Below are positions 22,605 through 32,665 of a DNA stretch of 64,000 nt, one piece after another. Numbering within the stretch: position 1 is the first letter of the stretch; each line of letters starts with the position of its first letter. Origin of the DNA: Roseibacillus sp. (GTDB lineage Bacteria; Verrucomicrobiota; Verrucomicrobiia; Verrucomicrobiales; Akkermansiaceae); assembly GCA_051251855.1 (NCBI GenBank), contig JBPOGI010000001.1, forward strand, positions 1,408,001 through 1,472,000, written 5' to 3'. Position numbers and translations under genes: made by a program. The notes below the pieces were generated by a model, which did not search any database, was not told the DNA's origin, and saw only the letters and a list, made by a program, of their open reading frames with translations.

Positions 22605-24229
22605 GAGTCGTTCCCAGAATCCTCATCAGACTCTGTTTCACGACCATAGCTCAAAACCACCATCTGACTCAAGAACTTGTCTGGGTCCTCAACCGACTCA
22701 GGATTTAGCTCGAACTCTTTCCGCCCCGTATTCTTCTCAATCAGCTTCAGCCCGAACTGATAGTCCTTAAATCGCTCTCGGCAAACCTGTAACACGCTCC
22801 GGCCCTGCTCACTCGCCCTTTTAGCCAACGCCAAGACCGCCTGATCATTCAGCTTCACCTCCAATTCGTGCTTCTGATTGAACTCCTTTTCCCAAATACC
22901 AACTTCGGAACGAGTCTTTTTCACATCCACCCTCTTCCCTAGCTCCGCGAATTCCTTAAGCTTCGCGTCCCGATTCTCTAATAGCGCTCGGTCAATCACC
23001 AGCTCACTCACTGATGTCCCTGGCAGGTCGAACTTAAAGTCGCGCAACTGCTTTTCCAAAACAGTCATTAACGCGCGCGCTCCAGTCTCCTCTCTCTCCG
23101 CCAACTGAGCGATCATCTCAATCGCATCAGGCTGAAACTTGGCATCAATACCATAGGCCTCAAATTCACGCTCATACTGCCGCAAAATACTCCCCTCCGA
23201 ATCGTTGAGAATTTTTACAAAGTCATCCGCGGTTAGCTTCTCACAAATCACCCGCACCGGCAGGCGCCCCACAAACTCAGCCTCAAACCCAAACTCCACA
23301 AAGTCCCGGGTCTCCACCTCTCGGAATGACTCCCCATCGAGCACCGCTTCCGAAATCTCGGCCCCAAAGCCCATCTGACCACTCTTCAAGCGCGCTTGCA
23401 CCACCTTCTCCAAACCAGAAAAAGCGCCACTCACAATGAACAAAATATTCCGCGTATTGATCGTCTCTTTCGCTGAATCTGCGCCTGAGCGCATCTGCAT
23501 CATCGCCTTCATCTGAGCACGCATATCGGTGGGATTCGTCATCGGCACCTCGGTCTCTTCCATCAGCTTAAGCAAAGTCGTCTGCACTCCCCGCCCACTT
23601 ACATCGCGGCCACCCATTCCCGCCTTGCTCGCCAACTTATCCACCTCATCGATGTAGATAATCCCACACTCGGCTAGGTCTACATCGCCATCCGCCTTCT
23701 GCACTAGCTCACGAACGAGGTCATCAACATCCCCTCCCACGTAGCCGGTCTCGGAAAACTTGGTCGCATCCGCTTTCACAAACGGCACCCCCATCAGCTC
23801 CGCAATATGCTTCACCAGATACGTCTTCCCAACTCCAGTCGGTCCCACGATCATCACGTTTTGCTTCTGATACTCCATTCCATCCGGCAACTGCCCCCCA
23901 TTCTCTTGCTCTAACACCCGCATCTGCTTGGCATGGTTGTAGTGATCGCATACCGCGATCGCCAAAGCCTTCTTGGCCTCATCCTGACGAATCACAAACC
24001 GGTCCAAATGCCGTTTCACATCACGCGGTAATAGGTCGAAGTCAAAAATCGACGAACTTTCCTCCACCACAACCTCCGGTTCACCCTCAACATCTGGCGT
24101 CGCCTCCATGCCCATTCCTCCAATATCGAAACTCACATTCCCAAACTTCCCGAAAAAATCCTGAAAAGCCTTCTGCAGCTCCTCAGGGGTCTTAGGATTC
24201 TTGGGATCATTTGGTTTATCGTCTGCCAT
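22601..24229 (-). CDS. Atypical ClpX-family AAA+ unfoldase
   Basis: GPTGVGKT, DATKFSETGYVG, IYIDEVDK, RDVSGRGVQ, NILFIVSGAF, EFVGRLP, TGARAL; no N-terminal zinc finger. Confidence 0.9.
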   Translation of the reverse strand: MADDKPNDPKNPKTPEELQKAFQDFFGKFGNVSFDIGGMGMEATPDVEGEPEVVVEESSSIFDFDLLPRDVKRHLDRFVIRQDEAKKALAIAVCDHYNHAKQMRVLEQENGGQLPDGMEYQKQNVMIVGPTGVGKTYLVKHIAELMGVPFVKADATKFSETGYVGGDVDDLVRELVQKADGDVDLAECGIIYIDEVDKLASKAGMGGRDVSGRGVQTTLLKLMEETEVPMTNPTDMRAQMKAMMQMRSGADSAKETINTRNILFIVSGAFSGLEKVVQARLKSGQMGFGAEISEAVLDGESFREVETRDFVEFGFEAEFVGRLPVRVICEKLTADDFVKILNDSEGSILRQYEREFEAYGIDAKFQPDAIEMIAQLAEREETGARALMTVLEKQLRDFKFDLPGTSVSELVIDRALLENRDAKLKEFAELGKRVDVKKTRSEVGIWEKEFNQKHELEVKLNDQAVLALAKRASEQGRSVLQVCRERFKDYQFGLKLIEKNTGRKEFELNPESVEDPDKFLSQMVVLSYGRETESDEDSGNDS

Positions 24230-24390
24230 AGGGGAAGGTTCGACCACCTTCTAAAAATTTCAACTCTCTTCCCAAAAAAGGCTACACCGACCCCTCATCC
24301 ACAAGCATCTCCTATCCATCGTCTCTCACTCCACCGATCAATGGAAAAACTGATCAAGCAGAGAGGAGAGTCGACTTCGAAACTTAACAG

Positions 24391-25299
24391 CTAGCTTCCG
24401 CCTTTTTCAAAGTCCAAACGCAACACCTCCTTCATCAAGCTATCCGCGCTCGGCTTTAGCTTCTTCCCCCTCCTCTTCAAGGTATTGATGGCCCGAGTCG
24501 GAACCGGATCTTTAATGCGTAAATAGCTCACTCCCGCAATCGCATGATGTTCCCGAAACATCTGCGGGATAAAGGCCACACCCAACCCAGTCGCAACTAA
24601 AGCCTGCAAAGTCGTCAACTGCTCGCACCGAACCTGCTGAGACGCTCCTTCCACCTGACAAACTTCCAACGCCTGCTCCCTCAAACAATGCCCTTCACCT
24701 AACATCAATAACTCCGCCTTCGGAACATCCTCTAAGGAGATCACCATCTGCCGCTGTGCCGCCAAAGGGTGATGACTCGGAACAGCTAACAGCAAAGGCT
24801 CTCGAAAAAGCGTCTGCAAATGCAACGACCAGCGGTTCAAAATACTCTTCGCCAAGTCGCTCATCACCGCAAAGTCCACCTCCTCCGAAACAACCATTTC
24901 CACCAACTCCAAAGTCTGAGCTTCCCGAACATTTACCAGAACATTCGGAAATTCCTCCCGAAATGCTCCCAAAAGCTGTCCCAACAAAAATGGAGCAATC
25001 GTCGGAATCACCCCCAAGGTGACCTCACCGCTGCGCGCCTCCTCCCTCTCTCGGAAAGTCTCCACCAAACCCTCGCGCCCCGCCAAAAGCTCCTTCGCCT
25101 GCTCATACACCCGCTGCCCACTCGCCGTCAGCGAAACACCACGCGGCTTCCGCAAAAGCAAGGGCTCCCCCAGTTCTTCTTCCAACTTCTGAATCTGCGC
25201 GCTTAACGAAGGCTGTGCAACTGAGCACTTACGCGCCGCCGCCGTAAAACTGCCCTGCTCCACAATCTGGGCAAAATACTCCAATTGGCGAAACTCCAT
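24391..25299 (-). CDS. oxyR: OxyR-like LysR regulator
   Basis: LysR HTH (SFTAAA...QPSLSAQIQKLEEELG), LGVIPTIAPFLL, GHCLREQALEVC (two Cys with OxyR spacing). Confidence 0.75.
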   Translation of the reverse strand: MEFRQLEYFAQIVEQGSFTAAARKCSVAQPSLSAQIQKLEEELGEPLLLRKPRGVSLTASGQRVYEQAKELLAGREGLVETFREREEARSGEVTLGVIPTIAPFLLGQLLGAFREEFPNVLVNVREAQTLELVEMVVSEEVDFAVMSDLAKSILNRWSLHLQTLFREPLLLAVPSHHPLAAQRQMVISLEDVPKAELLMLGEGHCLREQALEVCQVEGASQQVRCEQLTTLQALVATGLGVAFIPQMFREHHAIAGVSYLRIKDPVPTRAINTLKRRGKKLKPSADSLMKEVLRLDFEKGGS

Positions 25300-25303
25300 G
25301 GAT

Positions 25304-25320
25304 GATAGCTAAAACCTATC
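25304..25320. promoter_or_regulatory. OxyR/LysR binding site
   Basis: GATAG-CTAAAAC-CTATC = ATAG-N7-CTAT dyad just upstream of the regulator start. Confidence 0.7.
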
Positions 25321-25399
25321 GCAACTCACATCGCAATCACTTTCACCCGCTCAAAAAAAAGCAATCGAACCCGCCTATCTTTCACGCTAGTCTCATCCT

Positions 25400-26536
25400 A
25401 TGAACGTTGTCAGCAACATCGGATGGTTTGGTCGTATCGGGCGCTCGCTCAAAGGTATCTTCGTCGGACTCGTCCTCGCCCTTATTTCTGTGGTCCTCCT
25501 CATCGCCAACGAGCGCAATGCTGTTCGCGATATCCGCGCAAATAAGGAACTTGATAAAAATGTCGTTTCCGTGGGCAACGACAAAGTGGATTCCAATAAA
25601 GAAGGCCAACTCATTCACCTCAATGGCCCCTCAGTCACCAACGATCGGGTGACAAACCCGCAATTCGGCATCGACGAAAATGCCATTCGCCTCAATTGGT
25701 CCTCCGAAATTTATCAATGGAAGGAACGCAGTGAGAACAAAACAGAGAAAAAAGTAGGCGGCGGTGAAACCACTACCACTAGCTATTCATACGTTAAAGA
25801 ATGGGGCCCCGACCCTGTCGACTCCTCTCAGTTTCAAGAGCCCACCGGACATCAGAACGGATCCACCCAGCAATTCACCTCGGGCCAGTCCCAAGCCAAA
25901 AACGTCACCGTAGGCGTCTTCACCCTTCCTGAAACTCTCATTAACAAAATCTCCTCCAGCGAACCCTATCCCCTCAAAGAAATCCCCACCGATCTCACCA
26001 CCGAAACCTCCAACATCTTCGGGGGTGCCTTCTACACTGGCGATGCCAACGCACCCATCGTCGGCGACGAGCGTGTCACCTTCAGCCTTACCCAACCCGG
26101 CGATGTTTCCGTTATGGCCGTCCAAAACGGTAACACCTTCGAGCCTTGGCGCGCCAAAAACGGCAAAACTAGATTCATCCTGATGGAAGGCCTCCTCAGC
26201 GCGGACGAAGTAATCATGGCCGAGGAGCAAAAAGCAAAATTCCTCCGTTGGGCCGCACGAATCGGTGGCTTCATCCTCATGTCCATCGGACTGGGACTCG
26301 TCCTCAAGCCCCTCTCCGTTTTAGCTGATGTCATTCCTTTCATGGGTAACCTCGTCGGAACCGCCACTGGCTTCATCGCTATGATGATTGCCGCAGGAAT
26401 CACCCTCATCATCATCGCTGTTTCATGGCTCACCTTCCGACCTCTCATCGCGGTCCCCATCCTCATCATCGCTGTTGTCGCCCTCTTCTTTGGAATCAAG
26501 AAACTCACCGCCAAGCCCGCGACTGCTGCTGCGTAG
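25400..26536 (+). CDS. TMEM43 (DUF1625) family membrane protein
   Basis: N-terminal TM, NE..AV, EG.LIHL.G, EIYQWKE, GDERVTF, three C-terminal TMs with LADVIPF. Confidence 0.88.
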   Translation: MNVVSNIGWFGRIGRSLKGIFVGLVLALISVVLLIANERNAVRDIRANKELDKNVVSVGNDKVDSNKEGQLIHLNGPSVTNDRVTNPQFGIDENAIRLNWSSEIYQWKERSENKTEKKVGGGETTTTSYSYVKEWGPDPVDSSQFQEPTGHQNGSTQQFTSGQSQAKNVTVGVFTLPETLINKISSSEPYPLKEIPTDLTTETSNIFGGAFYTGDANAPIVGDERVTFSLTQPGDVSVMAVQNGNTFEPWRAKNGKTRFILMEGLLSADEVIMAEEQKAKFLRWAARIGGFILMSIGLGLVLKPLSVLADVIPFMGNLVGTATGFIAMMIAAGITLIIIAVSWLTFRPLIAVPILIIAVVALFFGIKKLTAKPATAAA

Positions 26537-26610
26537 CCGAGTTGGTGACAACTTAGGCGGGGAAGGGCTCCTCCATATCAACCTCGCCCGAATTATCAGT
26601 AATTCCGCGC
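26533..26610. repeat. Degenerate GTAG-type REP doublet
   Basis: GTAGCCGAGTTGGTGACAACTTAGG and the inverted, related hairpin CCCGAATTATCAGTAATTCCGC. Confidence 0.5.
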
Positions 26611-26814
26611 TCCCTGTCAGGAACGCGGAGCACCAGCTTCGCCCGACTCCTTAACTCTTTCCTTTTCTTGGCAAGCTGGTGATAACTTGGACGTGGACGA
26701 CGGCATTCAGGTCAACCCAGCCTGAATTATCACCAATTCAGCGACAAAGAACCTTTTCGCAGACCTGCCAGCCACTTGCACGATTTCGCTTTTTGCCCTT
26801 CATTACCCTTCGAC

Positions 26815-27501
26815 ATGAAACTAATTACTCCATTCCTCTCCCTCTTCGTTTTGGCCTCTTGCCTCGAAGCTGATGATAAAGCTCCTGCCGCAGTAGAAAA
26901 GGAAGCTCCCGCAGCCAAAGCTGAAGCCAAAAGCGCTCACCCAGCCATGAAGGACCCTTCTAAGGCCGTTGAGAAAGCTCCCGATAAATTCACCGCCGTT
27001 TTCACAACGACCAAGGGCGAGTTCGAAATCAGCGTCAACCGTGAGTGGTCGCCCCTCGGTGCGGACCGTTTCTACAACCTCATCAAGATCGGCTACTTCC
27101 AAGATGTCGCCTTCTTTCGTGCGGTCGACAACTTCATGGTTCAATTCGGCATTCATGGCGACCCAGCTGTCAACAGCGTTTGGAAAAACGCCAATATCAA
27201 GGACGATGGCAAAGCAGCTGTTACCAATGCTCCAGGCAAAGTGACTTTCGCCAAAACCGGCGCGCCAAACTCTCGTTCAGTCCAGTTCTTCATCAACTAC
27301 GGCAACAACGGCTTCCTCGACAACCAAGGCTTCACCCCCTTCGGCGAAGTCACCAAAGGCATGGAAATCGTCAACAGCCTTTACAAGGGCTACGGTGAAC
27401 GCCCATCCGGCGCTCAAGGCACCATCCAAGCCCAAGGCAACGCCTTCCTGAAGAAAAGCTTCCCTGAGCTGGACTACATCAAGTCAGCCAAGCTCAAATA
27501 A
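26815..27501 (+). CDS. Cyclophilin-type peptidyl-prolyl isomerase (exported, probable lipoprotein)
   Basis: LASC lipobox; FFRAVDNFMVQFG, QFFINY, FTPFGEV. Confidence 0.92.
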   Translation: MKLITPFLSLFVLASCLEADDKAPAAVEKEAPAAKAEAKSAHPAMKDPSKAVEKAPDKFTAVFTTTKGEFEISVNREWSPLGADRFYNLIKIGYFQDVAFFRAVDNFMVQFGIHGDPAVNSVWKNANIKDDGKAAVTNAPGKVTFAKTGAPNSRSVQFFINYGNNGFLDNQGFTPFGEVTKGMEIVNSLYKGYGERPSGAQGTIQAQGNAFLKKSFPELDYIKSAKLK

Positions 27502-27527
27502 ACGGTTTTCCAATCAGTCACTTTTTC

Positions 27528-27553
27528 AAAGGCGGGGCACAACCCCGCCTTTT
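27528..27553 (+). terminator. Intrinsic terminator
   Basis: AAAGGCGGGG-CACAA-CCCCGCCTTTT. Confidence 0.8.
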
Positions 27554-27584
27554 CCTTTCCCACTCAACTACTACTCTCTCCAGC

Positions 27585-28289
27585 ATGGCCTACGTCCTTC
27601 CCATCATTGCCTTCATCATTGCCGCCACCCCATTTGGGCTCATTATTGGCAAAATGGTCAAGGGCATCGACATCCGTGACCACGGCTCTGGCAACATCGG
27701 CACCACCAACGTCTTTCGCGTTCTCGGCAAAGGGCCCGGTATTATCTGCCTCATTCTCGATATTCTCAAAGGATTCGTCCCCGTCATCCTCGCCATCAAC
27801 CTTCTACAATTCGGCGACCGCGAGCCATGGCCTCATCTCCCCTTCCTCGACTCCCTGCGCCAGACCCTGCCCGCATCACAGCAGCTCTTCGTACAAGTCA
27901 TCCACGTCGTCACCGCCCTCTTTGCCATTCTTGGCCATAACTTCTCCCCATGGCTCGGTTTCAAGGGCGGCAAAGGCATCGCCACCTCCCTCGGCGTCCT
28001 CCTCGCCCTCATGCCCTTCGGAGCCCTCATTCTCTTCCTCCTCTTCACAGTCATCTTTCTGACCACACGCTACGTCTCCCTCGCTTCCATCATCGCGGCA
28101 GGCTCCCTTCCGTTGCTCACCCTCTGGGGTTCGTGGCACCACGGCCGCATTCAAGACGGCACTTGGAACATCCCCCTCTTCGTCTTCAGCCTCGTCATCG
28201 GTATCCTTGCTATCTGGAAACACCGCTCCAACATTCAACGCCTCCGCGATGGCACCGAAAACCGCTTCTCAAAAAAGAAAAAGGCCTAA
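27585..28289 (+). CDS. plsY: Glycerol-3-phosphate 1-O-acyltransferase
   Basis: DIRDHGSGNIGTTNVFR, DILKG, LGHNF, FKGGKGIAT, KHRSNIQRL. Confidence 0.97.
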   Translation: MAYVLPIIAFIIAATPFGLIIGKMVKGIDIRDHGSGNIGTTNVFRVLGKGPGIICLILDILKGFVPVILAINLLQFGDREPWPHLPFLDSLRQTLPASQQLFVQVIHVVTALFAILGHNFSPWLGFKGGKGIATSLGVLLALMPFGALILFLLFTVIFLTTRYVSLASIIAAGSLPLLTLWGSWHHGRIQDGTWNIPLFVFSLVIGILAIWKHRSNIQRLRDGTENRFSKKKKA

Positions 28290-28310
28290 GCTCACCCTTC
28301 ACCTCCCAAC

Positions 28311-29303
28311 ATGAAAACCACCATCATCGGAGCCGGATCCTGGGGCACGGCCCTCGGCATTCTTGCAGCTTCCAACAACCATGAAGTCACCCTTCTCGCT
28401 CGCGAACAGGAACAAGCCGACACACTTAACACCACTCGCGCAAACGAGCGCTATCTTCCCGGGGTCTCTTTCCCCGAAAAACTCTCAGCCTGTGCTACCC
28501 CCAGCGACTGCCTCCCCACCTCCGAACTGGTCCTCTTCGTCATTCCCACCGCTCACTTCCGAGCCACCGCTGAGAGCTTTAAGCATCTTATCAAACCCGA
28601 GACCATCCTTCTCTCCTGTGCCAAAGGCATCGAGCGCGGCACCGGCTTGCGCATGACTCAGATCCTCTCCGAGGTGTATCCTGACAACCCCGTCGCAGTG
28701 CTCTCCGGCCCCAATCATGCCGAAGAAATCTCTCGCGGCCTCCCCGCCTGCGCCGTCATCGGAGCTGCTGAGGAAAAATTCGCTAGCGAACTGCAGAACC
28801 AATTCGCCACCAAAACTTTCCGCACCTATACCTCAACTGACCTCATTGGCATCGAATTCGGAGGCGCCATCAAGAACGTCTACGGACTTGCCGCCGGAAT
28901 CGCCGCGGGTCTCAAACTCGGGGACAACGCCCTTTCCGCCCTCACTACTCGAGCCCTTGCCGAGATGACTCGGCTCGGAACTCAACTCGGCGGCCAACCC
29001 GAAACCTTCGCCGGTCTCTCCGGCATCGGCGACCTCATCGCCACCTGCTTTTCCCACCACTCGCGCAATCACCAAGTCGGACTCGCTCTCGCAAAGGGCG
29101 AATCCCCAGCCGAAGCCGAAGCCCGCCTTGGCATGGTCGCAGAAGGAGTGCCGAACACCCTCTCCATCTACGAAGCCTCTCAAGCCATTGGAGCCCGCAC
29201 TCCCATCCTCGATGCCATGCACGCCATTCTCTATCAGGATCAACCAGCCTCCGAGGTGCTTCACCAACTCCTCACCCGCGACCCACGACCAGAAGCAGAG
29301 TAA
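28311..29303 (+). CDS. gpsA: NAD(P)H-dependent glycerol-3-phosphate dehydrogenase
   Basis: GAGSWGTAL, KGIE, LSGPNHAEE, GAIKNV, GLSGIGDLIATC, SRN. Confidence 0.97.
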   Translation: MKTTIIGAGSWGTALGILAASNNHEVTLLAREQEQADTLNTTRANERYLPGVSFPEKLSACATPSDCLPTSELVLFVIPTAHFRATAESFKHLIKPETILLSCAKGIERGTGLRMTQILSEVYPDNPVAVLSGPNHAEEISRGLPACAVIGAAEEKFASELQNQFATKTFRTYTSTDLIGIEFGGAIKNVYGLAAGIAAGLKLGDNALSALTTRALAEMTRLGTQLGGQPETFAGLSGIGDLIATCFSHHSRNHQVGLALAKGESPAEAEARLGMVAEGVPNTLSIYEASQAIGARTPILDAMHAILYQDQPASEVLHQLLTRDPRPEAE

Positions 29304-29318
29304 GCACAAAATCAGCAA

Positions 29319-31337
29319 CTAAACTTCCCGCTTTACCCCACCTGCTTCGGCATCCTTCACCTTCGCCGCTTTCGCAGCCTTCTTTTGTGAACTTTCCCAC
29401 ATGGAAAACGCAGCCCCTGTCGCAATCACGAAGATGGCAGCTCCATAGAAAATCCAAATCGCAGACTTACCGTCGGTAAAGCCGTAGGAGTGCAGACCAG
29501 TTCCCAGCATGTTCACGTGGAACCAAGAAAAGGTCACCACGATGCCACCGAACGCCGCAGCCATATTTACCCCCCACTCGCGCAACAAACCTGCCGCGCG
29601 GCCATGGAGCACGAAGAGCGACCAGAGCACAATCATTAGGGCTCCATTCTCCTTAGGGTCCCAACCCCAAAAACGGCCCCAAGAATAGTTAGCCCAAATA
29701 CCACCTAGCACAGTTCCAATCAACGAGAGCACCAACGTGAAACAGGTAATTCCATAAACCATACGCGTAATCGAGCGGCGGAAAGCCTTATCTTCCCCAT
29801 CCAAACCAAGCACTCGATAGAAAATATAGACGAAGCCAAGAATCGCGGCTCCAAGTCCCGCCGCATAACCGAAGGTGATCGTCAAAACATGGGTCACTAA
29901 CCAGAAATTCGACCGCAATACCGCCACCAACGGATCTAACGAATCCGAAGCTGCTGCCACTTCAAAAACCACTGCTAAAACCATCCCGCCCATTCCCACC
30001 ACAGGAGCGGCCAAGAGCGCAATTCGTCCTTTCGTAAAGACCTCAGTCAGTAAGAAAAGAAACACGGTCCCCGCCGTAATATATGGAATCGTCTCATAGA
30101 GATTCGTCACCGGAGGCCTCAACACCACCATGTAGCGATGAACAATTCCTGCCAGAATAAAGAACAACCCCACCGAACAAAACGCCCAAAGAATCGCCCG
30201 CAGAATCTGACCGGCTTTACCCGCAGGAACAAACAGGTAGCCCAGCAAAAAGAGAGAACCAAATCCAAAGGTATAAAGGGCTTTCTTGAACCACTCCATT
30301 CGATTGAACGAAAGCTCCACCTTTACCGAAGCAACTGCATCTTCCCCCGCTCGCTCCATCGTCGAGTCTCGAAAATCAGTCAGATTTTCAGCAAAAGCCT
30401 CTTCACCTTCTCCATAGGAATCGTAGAGTTCCTCTAATCTCTTGATATCCATCACCGCCTGATTCGGATCGGCTACTTTCCCCGTCAGGGTCGCTTCGAT
30501 CAACTCGCCCACCGAAGACCACTTCTCTTCCTTCGGGTCTGTGGGTGGAAGTGGATGGAAGTTGAATTTCGACTTCATCACCGATTGGTCAATCTGACCC
30601 AAGAGTTCCTCGATATGAGGAGGAAGCCCCCCCGCCTGCTGCCCAGCCCGAATGGCCTCCACAATCTGACGCGATGTTGCCAAGACAGTGCTCATATCCA
30701 CCCGCTTGCCTTCTCCTTCCGCCGAACGCAGGACGATTCCGTTTCTCACAAAATCAAAGTAATGCGCGAGATAGAAGTAGCTCTGCATCGATGTCGCCAA
30801 GTCCAAAGTTTGCTCCTCAATGGGTGTCAAATCCGCGCCCTTTTCCTTCAAGGCCTGATAGTCGCCCGCCTTCTGCATCACTTCTGGCAAGTGCGGCTCC
30901 AGTTCAGCGAAGGCATAGCGGTCACGCTTCTTACGATCATCAAACTCGATGCCCAGCGCCTTCAACACCTCCGCATTATCAACTCGAAAGCTCGGAAGCT
31001 CAGCTGCTATCTCAGGACGGAAAAAAACATCCATCATCCACTCCACTGGCCCAATCTTCACCTTCTCGCCCCCTTGACCAATAATCGTGAGCCGACGGTC
31101 ACCCCTCATTTGAAGCATCGCATAGCTAGCCCGCGTCTCCAAAGGCTTGATACGACCGCCCTCCTGCACCGGCAAACTCTCCGCGACCTTGAGCACTTCC
31201 TCAGACCACGGCTTGTAGTCAGGAATCTCTACTTGATGCTTCTCTGGACGAAGCTCCTTGATGCCCATGAAGAAGAGGCCCAAGAGAAGGGTAACGAGAA
31301 GAACAAGAGCAATGATTTTTCCAACGAGAATTCTCAT
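29319..31337 (-). CDS. ccsA: System II cytochrome c biogenesis protein
   Basis: WWD domain LGGIWANYSWGRFWGWDPKE; WLVTHV; GLHSYG. Confidence 0.93.
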   Translation of the reverse strand: MRILVGKIIALVLLVTLLLGLFFMGIKELRPEKHQVEIPDYKPWSEEVLKVAESLPVQEGGRIKPLETRASYAMLQMRGDRRLTIIGQGGEKVKIGPVEWMMDVFFRPEIAAELPSFRVDNAEVLKALGIEFDDRKKRDRYAFAELEPHLPEVMQKAGDYQALKEKGADLTPIEEQTLDLATSMQSYFYLAHYFDFVRNGIVLRSAEGEGKRVDMSTVLATSRQIVEAIRAGQQAGGLPPHIEELLGQIDQSVMKSKFNFHPLPPTDPKEEKWSSVGELIEATLTGKVADPNQAVMDIKRLEELYDSYGEGEEAFAENLTDFRDSTMERAGEDAVASVKVELSFNRMEWFKKALYTFGFGSLFLLGYLFVPAGKAGQILRAILWAFCSVGLFFILAGIVHRYMVVLRPPVTNLYETIPYITAGTVFLFLLTEVFTKGRIALLAAPVVGMGGMVLAVVFEVAAASDSLDPLVAVLRSNFWLVTHVLTITFGYAAGLGAAILGFVYIFYRVLGLDGEDKAFRRSITRMVYGITCFTLVLSLIGTVLGGIWANYSWGRFWGWDPKENGALMIVLWSLFVLHGRAAGLLREWGVNMAAAFGGIVVTFSWFHVNMLGTGLHSYGFTDGKSAIWIFYGAAIFVIATGAAFSMWESSQKKAAKAAKVKDAEAGGVKREV

Positions 31338-32590
31338 GAGGTAATGGCTTTACGGGGTTTCTTTAGGAACGAGATCAACTTGTAGAGGAAGTGGCCAATC
31401 AGACCGGCCATTGAGATAAGAAGAGAGTAGAGAGGCCAGTGGTCGGCGGGGTTTCGAACCACCTCAAAGACCGAATAATACTCAGCTGGGTCCACTTGGT
31501 CCTGAGGACCCCAGTTCGCCTGGAAAAAGGTCCACCCTTCGCGACGCATGGGCTCGTTCATCTGAATCAAAACCTCTTCTGTATCATCCCCCTCCAGTCG
31601 AGTAACATCACTCTCATAGGCCGCGGCCCGATTGGTCCCTGGATCCCGCTCTACTCGAAAGTCATCCAACTGTACTCCGAATGGCAAAGGCCAAAGTTTC
31701 TTGCGCAATCGTAGGAGGTAGGGACGCCCATCCACCGTCACAGTAGCCGACTTCAGACTACGCGAAGCGAGTAGTAGCTCCTTCAAAGACTCACCCTCTT
31801 TCGTCAGAACCGAAACCTCGGCTCCCGACATATGCGCTTCCGTCTCTTTTTGACGCGCAAGCTTCTTCAAATAGAATCCATCCCGGACCGTTTCCCCCGC
31901 CATCGGAGGCACGAACTGAGCAGGGCTCACTTGCGCGTTTTCGTAAAGTTTCGTGACCTTCAAGTTGAACGGGAGGTCCGTCATCCGGAAGAGCCTCTCC
32001 CCGCCCTTGCGCAGGTCCTTCAAATACTCCCAATCCACGAGGTGAACCTTGGTCACCTTGCCATCAGCCAACTCCGAAACCTCAATCACCTCTTCATGGT
32101 AATCCTGAGCAGCGTCGCTGACCTTACCCTCATAGATTTGCAGCGCACCCCGCTTCTCAGTCAGCTGGGTCACCCCTGCCGCGACCATCAGGAATACGAT
32201 GGAAAAGTGGGAAAGTAGAATACCGATTTTCTGTGGTGATTTGCGAAAGCGAATCAATCCTCCCAATGTCAGATTGATGGTAAAGAGAACACAGAGCCAA
32301 AATCCACTCAGCATCGGAAAGTAGATCTTAATCGGAACCAAGGCTCCGTCTTCCTGCCAAGGCTTTCCAATCTCGGGAAAAAAGAAGAGTTCTTTCCAAT
32401 TAAAGTATTTATCCATCATCGGCTTCAAGCCGTTGACGGTCTGCTCCAAGGTCGCAAACCAAGTGATGACGAAAAGACCTAACAGAAGAAAGGTCGCCAA
32501 CTGCATACTCGCCAAAAAGTTGACAACTTTCCCTAGTGGGCCCGCTTCTTTTTTGAAGCTCTTCTGCGGTGATGTTGATTGATTCTCCAT
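31334..32590 (-). CDS. resB: ResB/Ccs1-family cytochrome c biogenesis protein
   Basis: FLASMQLA, GILLSHFSI, LPFGVQLDDF, IQMNEPMR..GWTFFQ; coupled to ccsA. Confidence 0.85.
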   Translation of the reverse strand: MENQSTSPQKSFKKEAGPLGKVVNFLASMQLATFLLLGLFVITWFATLEQTVNGLKPMMDKYFNWKELFFFPEIGKPWQEDGALVPIKIYFPMLSGFWLCVLFTINLTLGGLIRFRKSPQKIGILLSHFSIVFLMVAAGVTQLTEKRGALQIYEGKVSDAAQDYHEEVIEVSELADGKVTKVHLVDWEYLKDLRKGGERLFRMTDLPFNLKVTKLYENAQVSPAQFVPPMAGETVRDGFYLKKLARQKETEAHMSGAEVSVLTKEGESLKELLLASRSLKSATVTVDGRPYLLRLRKKLWPLPFGVQLDDFRVERDPGTNRAAAYESDVTRLEGDDTEEVLIQMNEPMRREGWTFFQANWGPQDQVDPAEYYSVFEVVRNPADHWPLYSLLISMAGLIGHFLYKLISFLKKPRKAITS

Positions 32591-32665
32591 TGAGAAAGAT
32601 GAAAGTTAAAAGGTCCCGATTGAGATAGATTTCCGCCTTCTTACGCAAGGAAAGCGAGAGGTCGT

